Shown here in pieces: positions 37,023 to 45,595 of a stretch of 64,000 nucleotides of DNA. Within the stretch, counting starts at the first letter, position 1. Every line of letters starts with the position of its first letter. The notes under the pieces were generated by a model that was given only the letters and a program-made list of their open reading frames with translations, made no database searches and was not told where the DNA came from. This DNA comes from Myxococcota bacterium (GTDB lineage Bacteria > Myxococcota_A > UBA9160 > JAFDDA01), in the NCBI GenBank assembly GCA_965228475.1, contig OZ245817.1:4160001-4224000 (forward strand). The letters are read 5' to 3'. The translations under genes and the position numbers were made by a program.

Positions 37023-38542
37023 CGGGCCGCCCGCCCGCGGCCGGCGCGCACGGCCAGCAGCAACGCGCCGAGACCGAGCAACGCCGCGCTGCCGGGCTCG
37101 GGCACCGCCGCCTCGAAGACCGTGACGCTCCAGTTGTCGTAGTCGGCAACGAAGTCGAGCAGCGCACCGCCGTTGTTCCCCGAGTTCGCGATCTTGAAGC
37201 CGAAGGTCATGCTCGCGCCACCGGCCGAGAAGTCGAGCGGCGGCTCGCCACCGGTGCCGAAGGGCACGGTGAACTGGTTGGCCGTGAGCACGGGCGACGT
37301 CAGCCGCTCCCAGCGTCCGCGGATCCCGCTGAAGCCGAAGGAGACCGAGTAGCGCGTACCGCCCTGGAGGATGTAGCCGCTGACCTCCTGGCCCTGGGAA
37401 CCGCCGCCGAACTGCGGGAAGGCGCGCGCGTCGATGCTGAACTGCACACCGGAGACGGCGCCGTCGGTGCCCGGGTCCCAGGTCGCCAGGGAGTTCTCGA
37501 GGAAGACCTGGACGTTCGAGAGCGTGTCGAGCGTGGTCGTGACCTCGAAGTACGGGTCCGGGTTGGTCCCGCTGCTCCCGCCGGTGGCCACGATCGTCGA
37601 GCTCCCGGTCGAGGCGTGGCCGGGGACCGTCTCGAAGCTCGTCGACCAGTGGGGACCGAAGTCCTGGTCTTCGAAGATCGTCGCGGCCGTGGCGGGCGCC
37701 GCGAGGAACGATCCGGCAAGCACGGCCACGAGGGCGCCCCGCCGACTCTTCCGCCGAAGCGAACCGCCCAACGCGAGCACGGCGAACCCACCCAGCAGCG
37801 CGATCGGAGACGGCTCCGGAACGGCGATCAGGTTGATCGTGGCGGTCGACGTGCGCGAGAAGAAAACGCCGATGGAGGAGCCGTCGGAGAGCGTTCCGAC
37901 GATCGTGCCGTTCGGATCGCTGATCGCGCCGAAGGCCCGGTTGAAGCTCGTGCCGTAGATGTTGATCACGGCATCGTTGGCAGCCTTGAGGTCGGTCCCC
38001 ACCCCGAAGGCTCCGCCGAAGATGTCGATCGTGCCGTTGGCCGAGGCGGTGACGAGCGAAGAGTCGATCGAGCCGCCGGTGATGGTTGCCGAGCCGGTGT
38101 CGAACACCGTGATCAGGTCGTCGATCACGCCGCCGGAGACGTCGAGCGTAGAGTTCCCGGCGACCTCGAGCGTGCCCGAGACCGTGCCGCCGGAGATCGA
38201 AGCCGAGGAGTCGTCTTCGAGGAAGATCTCGAAGGCGTCCCCGCCGTCGATCACGAGTTCGGAGTCGTCGAACATGAGGAAGAAGCCACCGGCCTGGCCG
38301 GACCCGAGCAGACGGATCAGCGCCGTGTCGTTGCCGTCGGCGCTGTCGATGACGCCACCGCTCACGATGTCGACCTGGGCCGTGCCCGAAGCGAAGACGT
38401 CATCGGGACTGATGGCGGTGGAAACGATGTGGAGTCCACTCGAGACCGTGAGGGCATGGGAGTTGGCTGCCGGAAGCAACACGAAGGCGGCAGCGAGGCA
38501 CGCCAGCGGGAGCGAGCGGCGGAGCGTGGTGAGTGAGGACAT
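37019..38542 (-). CDS. Tandem double PEP-CTERM protein (two passenger domains, two VPEP anchors)
   Basis: ATG 38542 after AGGAG. Internal VPEP at 37811-37822 and terminal VPEP at 37094-37105, with no stop between them. Confidence 0.85.
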   Translation of the reverse strand: MSSLTTLRRSLPLACLAAAFVLLPAANSHALTVSSGLHIVSTAISPDDVFASGTAQVDIVSGGVIDSADGNDTALIRLLGSGQAGGFFLMFDDSELVIDGGDAFEIFLEDDSSASISGGTVSGTLEVAGNSTLDVSGGVIDDLITVFDTGSATITGGSIDSSLVTASANGTIDIFGGAFGVGTDLKAANDAVINIYGTSFNRAFGAISDPNGTIVGTLSDGSSIGVFFSRTSTATINLIAVPEPSPIALLGGFAVLALGGSLRRKSRRGALVAVLAGSFLAAPATAATIFEDQDFGPHWSTSFETVPGHASTGSSTIVATGGSSGTNPDPYFEVTTTLDTLSNVQVFLENSLATWDPGTDGAVSGVQFSIDARAFPQFGGGSQGQEVSGYILQGGTRYSVSFGFSGIRGRWERLTSPVLTANQFTVPFGTGGEPPLDFSAGGASMTFGFKIANSGNNGGALLDFVADYDNWSVTVFEAAVPEPGSAALLGLGALLLAVRAGRGRAAR

Positions 38543-38649
38543 GATCGATTCTCCTGACGGATCGGGGGTCAGACCCGGCCGGGCCGGGCCCTGCGCGAGG
38601 CCAGCCGGTGCCGGCCCCGCGCGGTGGAAGAAAGAAAGGGTGGAAACCC

Positions 38650-39435
38650 TCAGCACTGGCCGCCGCCGCGGCGGCCGCGGCCGAACCAGGCGAGACCGAG
38701 CAAGCCGCTGGTCAGCAGCGCCAGGGAGCCCGGCTCCGGCACGGCCAGCCCGATGCTCGAGGGGAAGCCACCGAAGGCCGTGAGGTCCGCGATGTCGCCG
38801 TACTCGAACATGTAGAGCTCGGCTTCGCTCGCGCCCTGGTTCGAATCACCGAAGGCCGCGATGCCGTTCACCGGCGAGCCGGGGCCGTTGACCGCGAAGC
38901 CGCTGAGGACTGTGGTCCCATCGATGATCAGATCGGCGATGGGATTGCCGCCGTTGTCGTCGGTGACGACGCGGTAGTGGTGGAAGTTGCCGTCCGTGAC
39001 GTTGAACACGACGGTGTTGCCGTTCACGATCAGCTTGTCTTCGTCGAAGCCGATCGTGACACCGACGTTCGTGTCCGCGATCGCGGCGTAGTAGCCCTGG
39101 CTTCCGTTGGCCCCGTCCGTCGAGGACGTGAGCCGAAGGCCGATCTCCATGTAGTAGTCGCCGGTGGTGAAGTCACCGCCGGGGACGAAGGAGCCGGTCC
39201 ACCACAACTGGTCCGAGGTCGTCGTGACCGTGTGATAGGTGTCGTTCACCATCTGGGCCGTACTCGAGCCCGTGGTGCCGCCACCGGGGAACCAACCGTA
39301 GGTGCCGGGGTCGACGTCCACACCGCCGAACCAGATGTCGTTGTCGGCCAGGTAGTTGAATGAAGCGGCCGAGGCCGGGCCCGCCGCCGACAGCCCGACG
39401 AGGGCGGCGGCCAGGCAGAAGATGCGAAGTCGCAT
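38650..39435 (-). CDS. PEP-CTERM surface protein
   Basis: AAGGAG RBS, signal MRLRIFCLAAALVG...ASA, VPEPGS-TM-RGRR. Confidence 0.88.
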   Translation of the reverse strand: MRLRIFCLAAALVGLSAAGPASAASFNYLADNDIWFGGVDVDPGTYGWFPGGGTTGSSTAQMVNDTYHTVTTTSDQLWWTGSFVPGGDFTTGDYYMEIGLRLTSSTDGANGSQGYYAAIADTNVGVTIGFDEDKLIVNGNTVVFNVTDGNFHHYRVVTDDNGGNPIADLIIDGTTVLSGFAVNGPGSPVNGIAAFGDSNQGASEAELYMFEYGDIADLTAFGGFPSSIGLAVPEPGSLALLTSGLLGLAWFGRGRRGGGQC

Positions 39436-39528
39436 TGGGGTTCTCCTTCTCACGGGAAGGAGGAACAGCCCATCAGCGCGCCGGCGTCGCATCGACACCG
39501 GCGGCCCCTTCCCATGGCTCTGGGGAAG

Positions 39529-39544
39529 TGCAAGCACGGTGCCA
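39529..39544 (-). promoter_or_regulatory. Sigma54 -24/-12 promoter for the PEP-CTERM cluster
   Basis: TGGCAC-CGTGC-TTGCA, an exact consensus match about 95 bp upstream of ATG 39435. Confidence 0.85.
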
Positions 39545-39547
39545 AAA

Positions 39548-39683
39548 ATGATCAGACGGTTACGTGATCAGATGATCCTATTTTCGCTGGGGTTTTCGCG
39601 GGGCGCCCACAGGCCGAGCCAGCGAAGGGCCCGCGGATGGGAAGGAGAGTTCCGTTATTGGGAAAACCTGTTCGCATGATCAG
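39548..39683. promoter_or_regulatory. Three TGATC-N4-GATCA-type palindromic sites
   Basis: ATGATCAGACGGTTAC (39548), GTGATCAGATGATCCT (39564), CTGTTCGCATGATCAG (39668). Confidence 0.7.
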
Positions 39684-39723
39684 GTCGGGGGCGCCGCCCG
39701 AATCCCGACCGCGGGACCCAGAC

Positions 39724-40410
39724 CTAGGAGCCGGAAGGCTCGGAGCCCGGCCCGGCCCCGGCGGGCGCCGCGGCGATCCGCGCCATCACCGACTCGAAGT
39801 GGTGTAGCGGGAGGTTCATGTCCATCGGGGTCCCGAGATCGAGCATTCGGACGTGCAGCGCGAACAGGCCGATCTCGATCATCTCCCAGGCCACGCGCAC
39901 GACGTCGATGTCCGCGCGGAACTCGCCCGCCTCGATCCCGTCCCGCAGCGTGGAAACGAGCAGATCCTCGAAGCGCGAGAGGGTCCGTTGGATCTCGCCG
40001 CGAATCATCGAATCTTGGGTGGCCTCGCCCATCAGGATGACGACCAGGTCGTCACCGCGCCGACGCTCTTTGCGAAGCTGCAGGGAGGCGAGCATCCGGA
40101 GCTTCATGGTCGCGGTGGCGTTGGCATCGTTCGCGAGACGCTCGGTCTCTTCGAGCAGCAATTCGTGCGCCCACTTCACCACGGCGCGCACCAAGTCGTC
40201 GCGAGTGCCGTAGATGCGGAAGATGTTGGCTGCCGAGCAGCCGGCGCGCTCGCCGACGGCGCGGACGCCCACGGACTGCACGGAACCCCGTGCAATGGCT
40301 TCCTCGACGAAAGCCATGATGACGACCTCTTGGCGCTCTTCCGCGGGCATCCGGGTGAAGGAGCGCTTCGGGGCGCGACGCACGTCTGTGCCGTCTTCGA
40401 GCGTCGCCAC
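39724..40410 (-). CDS. TetR/AcrR family transcriptional regulator
   Basis: RMPAEERQE..., VRAVGERAGCSAANIFRIYGTRDDL HTH, GIEAGEFRADID. GGAGGGGAG RBS. Confidence 0.88.
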   Translation of the reverse strand: MATLEDGTDVRRAPKRSFTRMPAEERQEVVIMAFVEEAIARGSVQSVGVRAVGERAGCSAANIFRIYGTRDDLVRAVVKWAHELLLEETERLANDANATATMKLRMLASLQLRKERRRGDDLVVILMGEATQDSMIRGEIQRTLSRFEDLLVSTLRDGIEAGEFRADIDVVRVAWEMIEIGLFALHVRMLDLGTPMDMNLPLHHFESVMARIAAAPAGAGPGSEPSGS

Positions 40411-40852
40411 GAACTCCCCTCCAGGTCAGCGTTGGCCCCGGCGCGAACCGGTCGGCGCGTTCCTTGCGCCTCCTTGAAAGTAACATGCTTGAGGGGGCGT
40501 GTATCGGCGGACTGGGGAGAGAGCGAAGGTTTGAACTCCAGCGACGCACTGTGACAGGTCGACCCGTTCGAATCGCCGTACGCCGGTACTTGCAGCGGGA
40601 CGTCGCTTCCTCGAACGGGCGAAACAGTTGCGCCTGCACCTTCGATGAACGAAGGCGTCCTGCGCGAACCGCGGAAGCCGGATACCCGCTTCGTTTTCGT
40701 CGATTCGGGTGGCGCATAACGGCGGGCTCGGAGTCCCTCCTCCGAAGCCGAGGTCCGAACACCATGAAGGGCGCTGGGCACGGCCTGCCCGGAGCGCGGG
40801 GCTCCGCCCGGACTTTCGTCGGGCCGGCCGGGATCCTCGAGACGCATCAGAT

Positions 40853-40936
40853 ATGATCGAGTGGTCATGTTTAAGGACTCCGGAGATCTGCTGCGCCCCG
40901 GACAAACATGATCGAATGATCATGTTTGTCCGGGGC
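40853..40936. promoter_or_regulatory. Two palindromic sites, the second within a perfect 19-bp-arm inverted repeat (operator and/or terminator)
   Basis: ATGATCGAGTGGTCAT (40853); GCCCCGGACAAACATGATC-GAAT-GATCATGTTTGTCCGGGGC (40895-40936). Confidence 0.7.
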
Positions 40937-40994
40937 AGACGTTGAGGCTCACCCGGGGTCGTTCACCCGGGCCTGGGGCTCGTTGGGGAGGCGA

Positions 40995-43118
40995 TCAGGG
41001 GGTCAGATCGAAGAAGAGCGACAGCGAGTCGCCCGCACGGGCGGACTCCAGGTGGTCGAGGGTGATCCCGGCCAGGGTCGGCAGGCCGAAGCTCTGCAGG
41101 GAGTCGGCCAGGACCGGCAGGATGTCGGACTCGAGGAAGCCGGGCCCGCCCGAGACCCCATTCAGGAGCGCCTCCACGAGCGACGTGGTGACGGGGAGGA
41201 CCGGGTTCGCGTTCGGGAAGTTCGTGAAGAGCGCCGTCGCCGCTCCCGCCGGCACACCGCAATCGGCGGGCGGGCAATAGACCAGATCGAAGTCGATGGC
41301 GTCGGCGACCGGGTCGTAGGACATGTTGATGCCGGCATCCACCGAGATCCGGAGGCTCGTGAGCGTGGTGGGCAGGCCGCCGGGAACCGGCTGCTGCAGC
41401 TCGAAGCCCAGACCGCGGATGGCGAGCTGGGCCATGGAACCCGAAGGGAAGGGAAGACCCGTGACCACCGGCGGCGTCGTCGCGTAGTAGGCGAGCCGCA
41501 CGGGATCCGTCGGCGCGAGCCCGGTGATGAACAAGGCCGTCGGGTTGCCCGCGAACAGACAGTCCGCCGTCAGCGTCGGGTCGTTCCCGTTCTGCGGCGT
41601 CGCGCACTGGTCGAGCTCTTCGATGTAGCCACCCAACGCGCCCTGAGCGGTGAGCACGCGCAGGATCTGGCCGAAGAAGGGTTCGGTCATGCCGAGCCCG
41701 AGACCGAAGGGCAGACCGCCCGGCGTCGTGGTGATGGCGGCCGGGATTCCGGGAAGCGAGAACGGCGTATTGTAGGAAGCCGGGCCGGGATCGGGGCAGA
41801 AGTAGGGCGGCAGGGTCAGATCGAGGTCGCAAGCCGTCGGCGCGGTGACGACGGGCGCCGTTCGCACGAGGTAGAGGATCCCGTCGTCGTCCTCGGTGAT
41901 CGACGTGAACTCCGCGTTCAGGTCCGCGCCGAGACTCTGACCGACGCCCTGCCCGATCTGGAGGTCCGCCAGAGCGACCTCGACGGCCTCCTCGATCAGC
42001 GGCCGATTCGCGGCGTCCCCGTCGAGCGCGTCGACGAACTGCGCCTCCGCATCGGCCTGGAACTGCGGGCTCACCACGTTCGCGAGCGCCGGCGCGAGGC
42101 CGGTGTTGGCGCAGATCGTGTCCGGCGTGGTGATGACGAGGTTGAAGCTCTGGAGGTCCGCAACGACCTGCGTCTGGCTGACGGCGACGTTTGCCCCGGC
42201 CGGGGTCTGGTCGAGATAGCTGCGCAGGATCAGCGGATTGCCCTGCATGTAGCCCTCGCAGTAGACCGTTCCGAAGATCCCCTGGGAGGGGTCGGGTTCG
42301 ATGTCCCAGACGACGAAGTCGATGCGGAAGCTCGGGATCTCCACGATCACCTCGGTCACCGAGGGCGTCGGGCTCGCCGCGCCGTGGGCGTCGAGCGCGA
42401 CGGTGAGCGGCCCGTGGGTCAGGCCGGTGACGTAGCCGTCGAGCAGGGGGAAGCCCGGAACGGAGGGCAGCACGTCCTCCTGGTCGAGGATCTGCTCGGG
42501 GAATCCGTTCGGTGCCACCTGCGCGGGGATGTCGACGTTGGCCAGCAGGTTCGCCGCGAGCGTGTCGACGAGCGCGTCGAAGCCACCTTGCTCGTTCACG
42601 CGAAGCTCGACGCCCGGGTCGGCGAAGACGCTCCAGACGCCGGCCTGCCAACCGGACACGACCGTGACCGCCTTTCGCCGGAACGGCCGCGGCGAGAGCG
42701 TCGGCGCTCCGTAGAAGGCTTCGATGTAGATCGTGTTGATCGCCTCGTGCGCGCCCGTGCTCGCGGTGCGCGCGTCGATGTCGATCTCGACGGAGAACGC
42801 GCCGGTCACGGGATCGATCACGACCGGAACCCCCGACATGGCGCCGGCGCCGCCGGCGTAGGCGTCGGCGAGCTCCTGGTTCAGGTACGCGTGGGCCTCG
42901 ATGTCGGCGATCGTCCCGACGTTGCCGGCGACGACCTGCCCCGTGACCAGGAGCAGGTTCGCGGAGGCGGTCGGACCGAGGTCGTGATAGTGGTTGTCCG
43001 TAGGTGACTGAATGATCAGGTTCGGTTGCCCGACGCAGCTGGGGCCCAGGTTGGCGACTCCCGTGATCAGCAAGGCCAGCACGACCCAATGACGATTCCC
43101 CACGTTCAAACCCTCCAT
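40995..43118 (-). CDS. Large lipoprotein, BPI/LBP (TULIP)-like; paralog of 43288..45345
   Basis: Signal ending LGPS-C, DPGVELRVNEQGGFDAL, C-terminal SFGLPTLAGITL...LSLFFDL. Fold is inferred. Confidence 0.65.
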   Translation of the reverse strand: MEGLNVGNRHWVVLALLITGVANLGPSCVGQPNLIIQSPTDNHYHDLGPTASANLLLVTGQVVAGNVGTIADIEAHAYLNQELADAYAGGAGAMSGVPVVIDPVTGAFSVEIDIDARTASTGAHEAINTIYIEAFYGAPTLSPRPFRRKAVTVVSGWQAGVWSVFADPGVELRVNEQGGFDALVDTLAANLLANVDIPAQVAPNGFPEQILDQEDVLPSVPGFPLLDGYVTGLTHGPLTVALDAHGAASPTPSVTEVIVEIPSFRIDFVVWDIEPDPSQGIFGTVYCEGYMQGNPLILRSYLDQTPAGANVAVSQTQVVADLQSFNLVITTPDTICANTGLAPALANVVSPQFQADAEAQFVDALDGDAANRPLIEEAVEVALADLQIGQGVGQSLGADLNAEFTSITEDDDGILYLVRTAPVVTAPTACDLDLTLPPYFCPDPGPASYNTPFSLPGIPAAITTTPGGLPFGLGLGMTEPFFGQILRVLTAQGALGGYIEELDQCATPQNGNDPTLTADCLFAGNPTALFITGLAPTDPVRLAYYATTPPVVTGLPFPSGSMAQLAIRGLGFELQQPVPGGLPTTLTSLRISVDAGINMSYDPVADAIDFDLVYCPPADCGVPAGAATALFTNFPNANPVLPVTTSLVEALLNGVSGGPGFLESDILPVLADSLQSFGLPTLAGITLDHLESARAGDSLSLFFDLTP

Positions 43119-43190
43119 GGAGCCACGAATCGGCGCAGCTCTCGGTCCCGGAGCATCCTGGGGCAGCCGCCCCGGCGATGTCCAGAAAAA

Positions 43191-43261
43191 GTGACCAAGT
43201 GATCATACAATATGTTCACATGGTCATGTAGAGATGGTATTGCTGTTGGCGCACACGTTGG
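43191..43261. promoter_or_regulatory. Two palindromic sites plus a sigma54-like element in the divergent intergenic region
   Basis: GTGACCAAGTGATCAT (43191), ATGTTCACATGGTCAT (43212), and TGGCGC-ACACG-TTGG (43247-43261, + strand, imperfect -12). Confidence 0.6.
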
Positions 43262-43287
43262 GGATGCCCCCCGGGGAGACGTGAAAC

Positions 43288-45345
43288 ATGCGAAGGATCG
43301 TCGTTCTTTGGGCCGGCCTGGTATTCGCCGCCACGCTGGGGCCCGCCTGCTCGAGCAACCCGAAGGTCAGCATCACCTCCCATCAGGACGGCGACTTCCA
43401 CTTCGTCATCGAGGACGGCGGGACGATCGAGCTCTCGGGCATCTACAAGAACCTGGGTCTCGATGCATCGCTGTGCGTCTGGACGAACGAGATCCAGGTC
43501 GGCGCCCCCTGCCCCATCGCCGTGGTTCGCAACCTCACGACCAAGACGTGGACCGCTTCGATCCCGGTGCCGTTCCCCTTCGGCGGGCCCGACTCCCCGC
43601 TCGCACCGCTGCTCCCGGTCTTCGTGACGGCGAACTACGGAAGCGGAGGCTCGCTCCAGGTGCGCGACCACGTTGCCCTGAACCTCGCCTTCGACGTCGC
43701 GAGCAATCACGGAACGGGCCGGGACGAAGCGATCGTCATGCGGCTCTCGCAGCAGGGGCTCGGATCGATCGCGTCCTTCGTCGCCGATCAGGCCGGCCAG
43801 GCGCTCGACCTCTCGGCGCTCGTCGGCACGCCCTTCCTCTCCGAGTGCGTGAAGGACTTCACCATCCTCGGCGTCACCTACTGCTACATCGAGATGGTCT
43901 CGGCGGAGATCTACGCAATCGAAGCTCCCTCGGCGCCCTCGATCAATCTCACCTCGATGCCCGGTGCGGTGCGCGCCAATTTCTCGCTCTCGGATCTCGA
44001 GTTCACCGCCAAGTTCACGTTCCGCTTCCGCGCTCCGCTACCGACGGCGATCTGGTCTCCGCCGATGACCTGCTTCTACGACGCGGAGCCGGCCCTCACG
44101 ATGACCCACGTCGACCTCGACCTCCTGCCGAACCCGAGCGATCCGCGCTTCGTCGCCGCCACCCAGCTCAACGATCCGACGGCCACGATCTTCGCCTACA
44201 CGGACAAGGTCACCTCCTGCAACAACGGCCTGAGCGGCGTGCTCGCCGAGCTACTCGACTTCATCGAGGAGACGAACGAGCTGATCGGGTCCACGCAGAT
44301 CGAGGCGGCCCTCGAATCCAAACTCAGCGTCGCCGGAGGGGCACCCATCGCCGGTGCCGTCGAGACGGCGCTCGCGGACGTCCAGCTGAGCGCCAACCTC
44401 GAGCAGATGCTCGACATGGATCTCGCCGGAACGGTCTCGGACGTTCAGGAAGACTCCGGCGGCATCACTGCGACCTTCGCGATCCACCCGCAGCCCACCG
44501 ACACGCAGTGCTCGCTCGGCAACCTTCCCGCGTGGGCGTGCCCGGACTTCGCGCCGGAAAGCTACATGTGGCCCATCTCCGATCCGGACGACTGGGATAC
44601 GGTGATCGCGCCGACTCCCTACGATCTCCTCCTGGGCCTCAATGCCAACGCGTTGAACCCGCTGCTCGGCGCCCTGGCGGAGCAGGGCGGACTCTCCTCG
44701 GGTCCGATCACGGAGCTCGACTCCTGCAACTACACACCGCCGCCGAACGGCCCCGGCTTCCCGCCGCACGGACCCGAACTCGATGTCGGCTGCCTCGTCG
44801 GGTACAACCCGCTCGCGTGCGCCGTGCTCGGCTACCCCTGCGACAAGGCGCTGCAGATCCGTGTCGTCCCGAGCAACAAGCCGGTGGTGCGGCCGAACAC
44901 GACGATGTTCGACGAGAACGGCGATCCGGCCCAGGCGAGCCTCGTCCTGCAGCTCCGGATCGAGGTCTGGGAGCGCGACACCGTGAACGACAAGCTGCTC
45001 GTGCAGCTTTACGCGAGTTTCGAGGCCGGCCTGAGCCTCGAGGTGGACACCGACACCGGCGAACTCGGTTTCGATCTCTTCGTGTGCGAAGACACGAACC
45101 CCTTCTGCACCTCGCCCATCCGGATGCAGACCACGATCAGCACGATGCCCGAGACGTCGATCGTCGCGAGCTTGATCGACGTCTTCCTGGGAGGCGGCGG
45201 CGGCTTCTTGAACGGGACGCTGAACGACTCGCTCCAGAACGCGGTCGTGTCGTTCCCCCTGCCGACGATCCTCGGTCTGACGCCCAGCGCGATCACCACG
45301 CTCGAGCATGAGCAGTACCTCTCGCTGTTCACGAATCTCCAGTAG
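43288..45345 (+). CDS. Large lipoprotein, BPI/LBP (TULIP)-like; paralog of 40995..43118
   Basis: Signal ending LGPA-C, AIVMRLSQQGLGSIA, C-terminal SFPLPTILGLTP...EQYLSLFTNL. Fold is inferred. Confidence 0.65.
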   Translation: MRRIVVLWAGLVFAATLGPACSSNPKVSITSHQDGDFHFVIEDGGTIELSGIYKNLGLDASLCVWTNEIQVGAPCPIAVVRNLTTKTWTASIPVPFPFGGPDSPLAPLLPVFVTANYGSGGSLQVRDHVALNLAFDVASNHGTGRDEAIVMRLSQQGLGSIASFVADQAGQALDLSALVGTPFLSECVKDFTILGVTYCYIEMVSAEIYAIEAPSAPSINLTSMPGAVRANFSLSDLEFTAKFTFRFRAPLPTAIWSPPMTCFYDAEPALTMTHVDLDLLPNPSDPRFVAATQLNDPTATIFAYTDKVTSCNNGLSGVLAELLDFIEETNELIGSTQIEAALESKLSVAGGAPIAGAVETALADVQLSANLEQMLDMDLAGTVSDVQEDSGGITATFAIHPQPTDTQCSLGNLPAWACPDFAPESYMWPISDPDDWDTVIAPTPYDLLLGLNANALNPLLGALAEQGGLSSGPITELDSCNYTPPPNGPGFPPHGPELDVGCLVGYNPLACAVLGYPCDKALQIRVVPSNKPVVRPNTTMFDENGDPAQASLVLQLRIEVWERDTVNDKLLVQLYASFEAGLSLEVDTDTGELGFDLFVCEDTNPFCTSPIRMQTTISTMPETSIVASLIDVFLGGGGGFLNGTLNDSLQNAVVSFPLPTILGLTPSAITTLEHEQYLSLFTNLQ

Positions 45346-45348
45346 AAC

Positions 45349-45502
45349 CTGATCGAGTGAACATCTTTTCCCTTTTTGAGCATCGGCTTGCTTCGGGCTG
45401 CCAGAGGTTCGACTGTCCCGCGGGGCGCAGCATCGATTTCCTGTTCATCTACGGGATCTTGCAAAATATGATCAGATGATCCTGTTTGGCACTCGGGTTG
45501 CA
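45349..45502 (+). promoter_or_regulatory. Sigma54 promoter with distal and proximal palindromic sites
   Basis: CTGATCGAGTGAACAT (45349), ATGATCAGATGATCCT (45468), TGGCAC-TCGGG-TTGCA (45487-45502). Confidence 0.85.
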
Positions 45503-45595
45503 CTCCGTCCCGGCAGGGGAGGCCGCCCCACGGCGGACTTCCCCGCCTCGCGCCGCCAGAGAGCGCGGGGCCATCCATCCTGGGAAGGAGAAACC

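Noticed and set aside
40052..40945. Several ORF-track ORFs over the tetR upstream region
   Set aside because: No recognisable motifs or RBS, and they overlap tetR and the operator palindromes.
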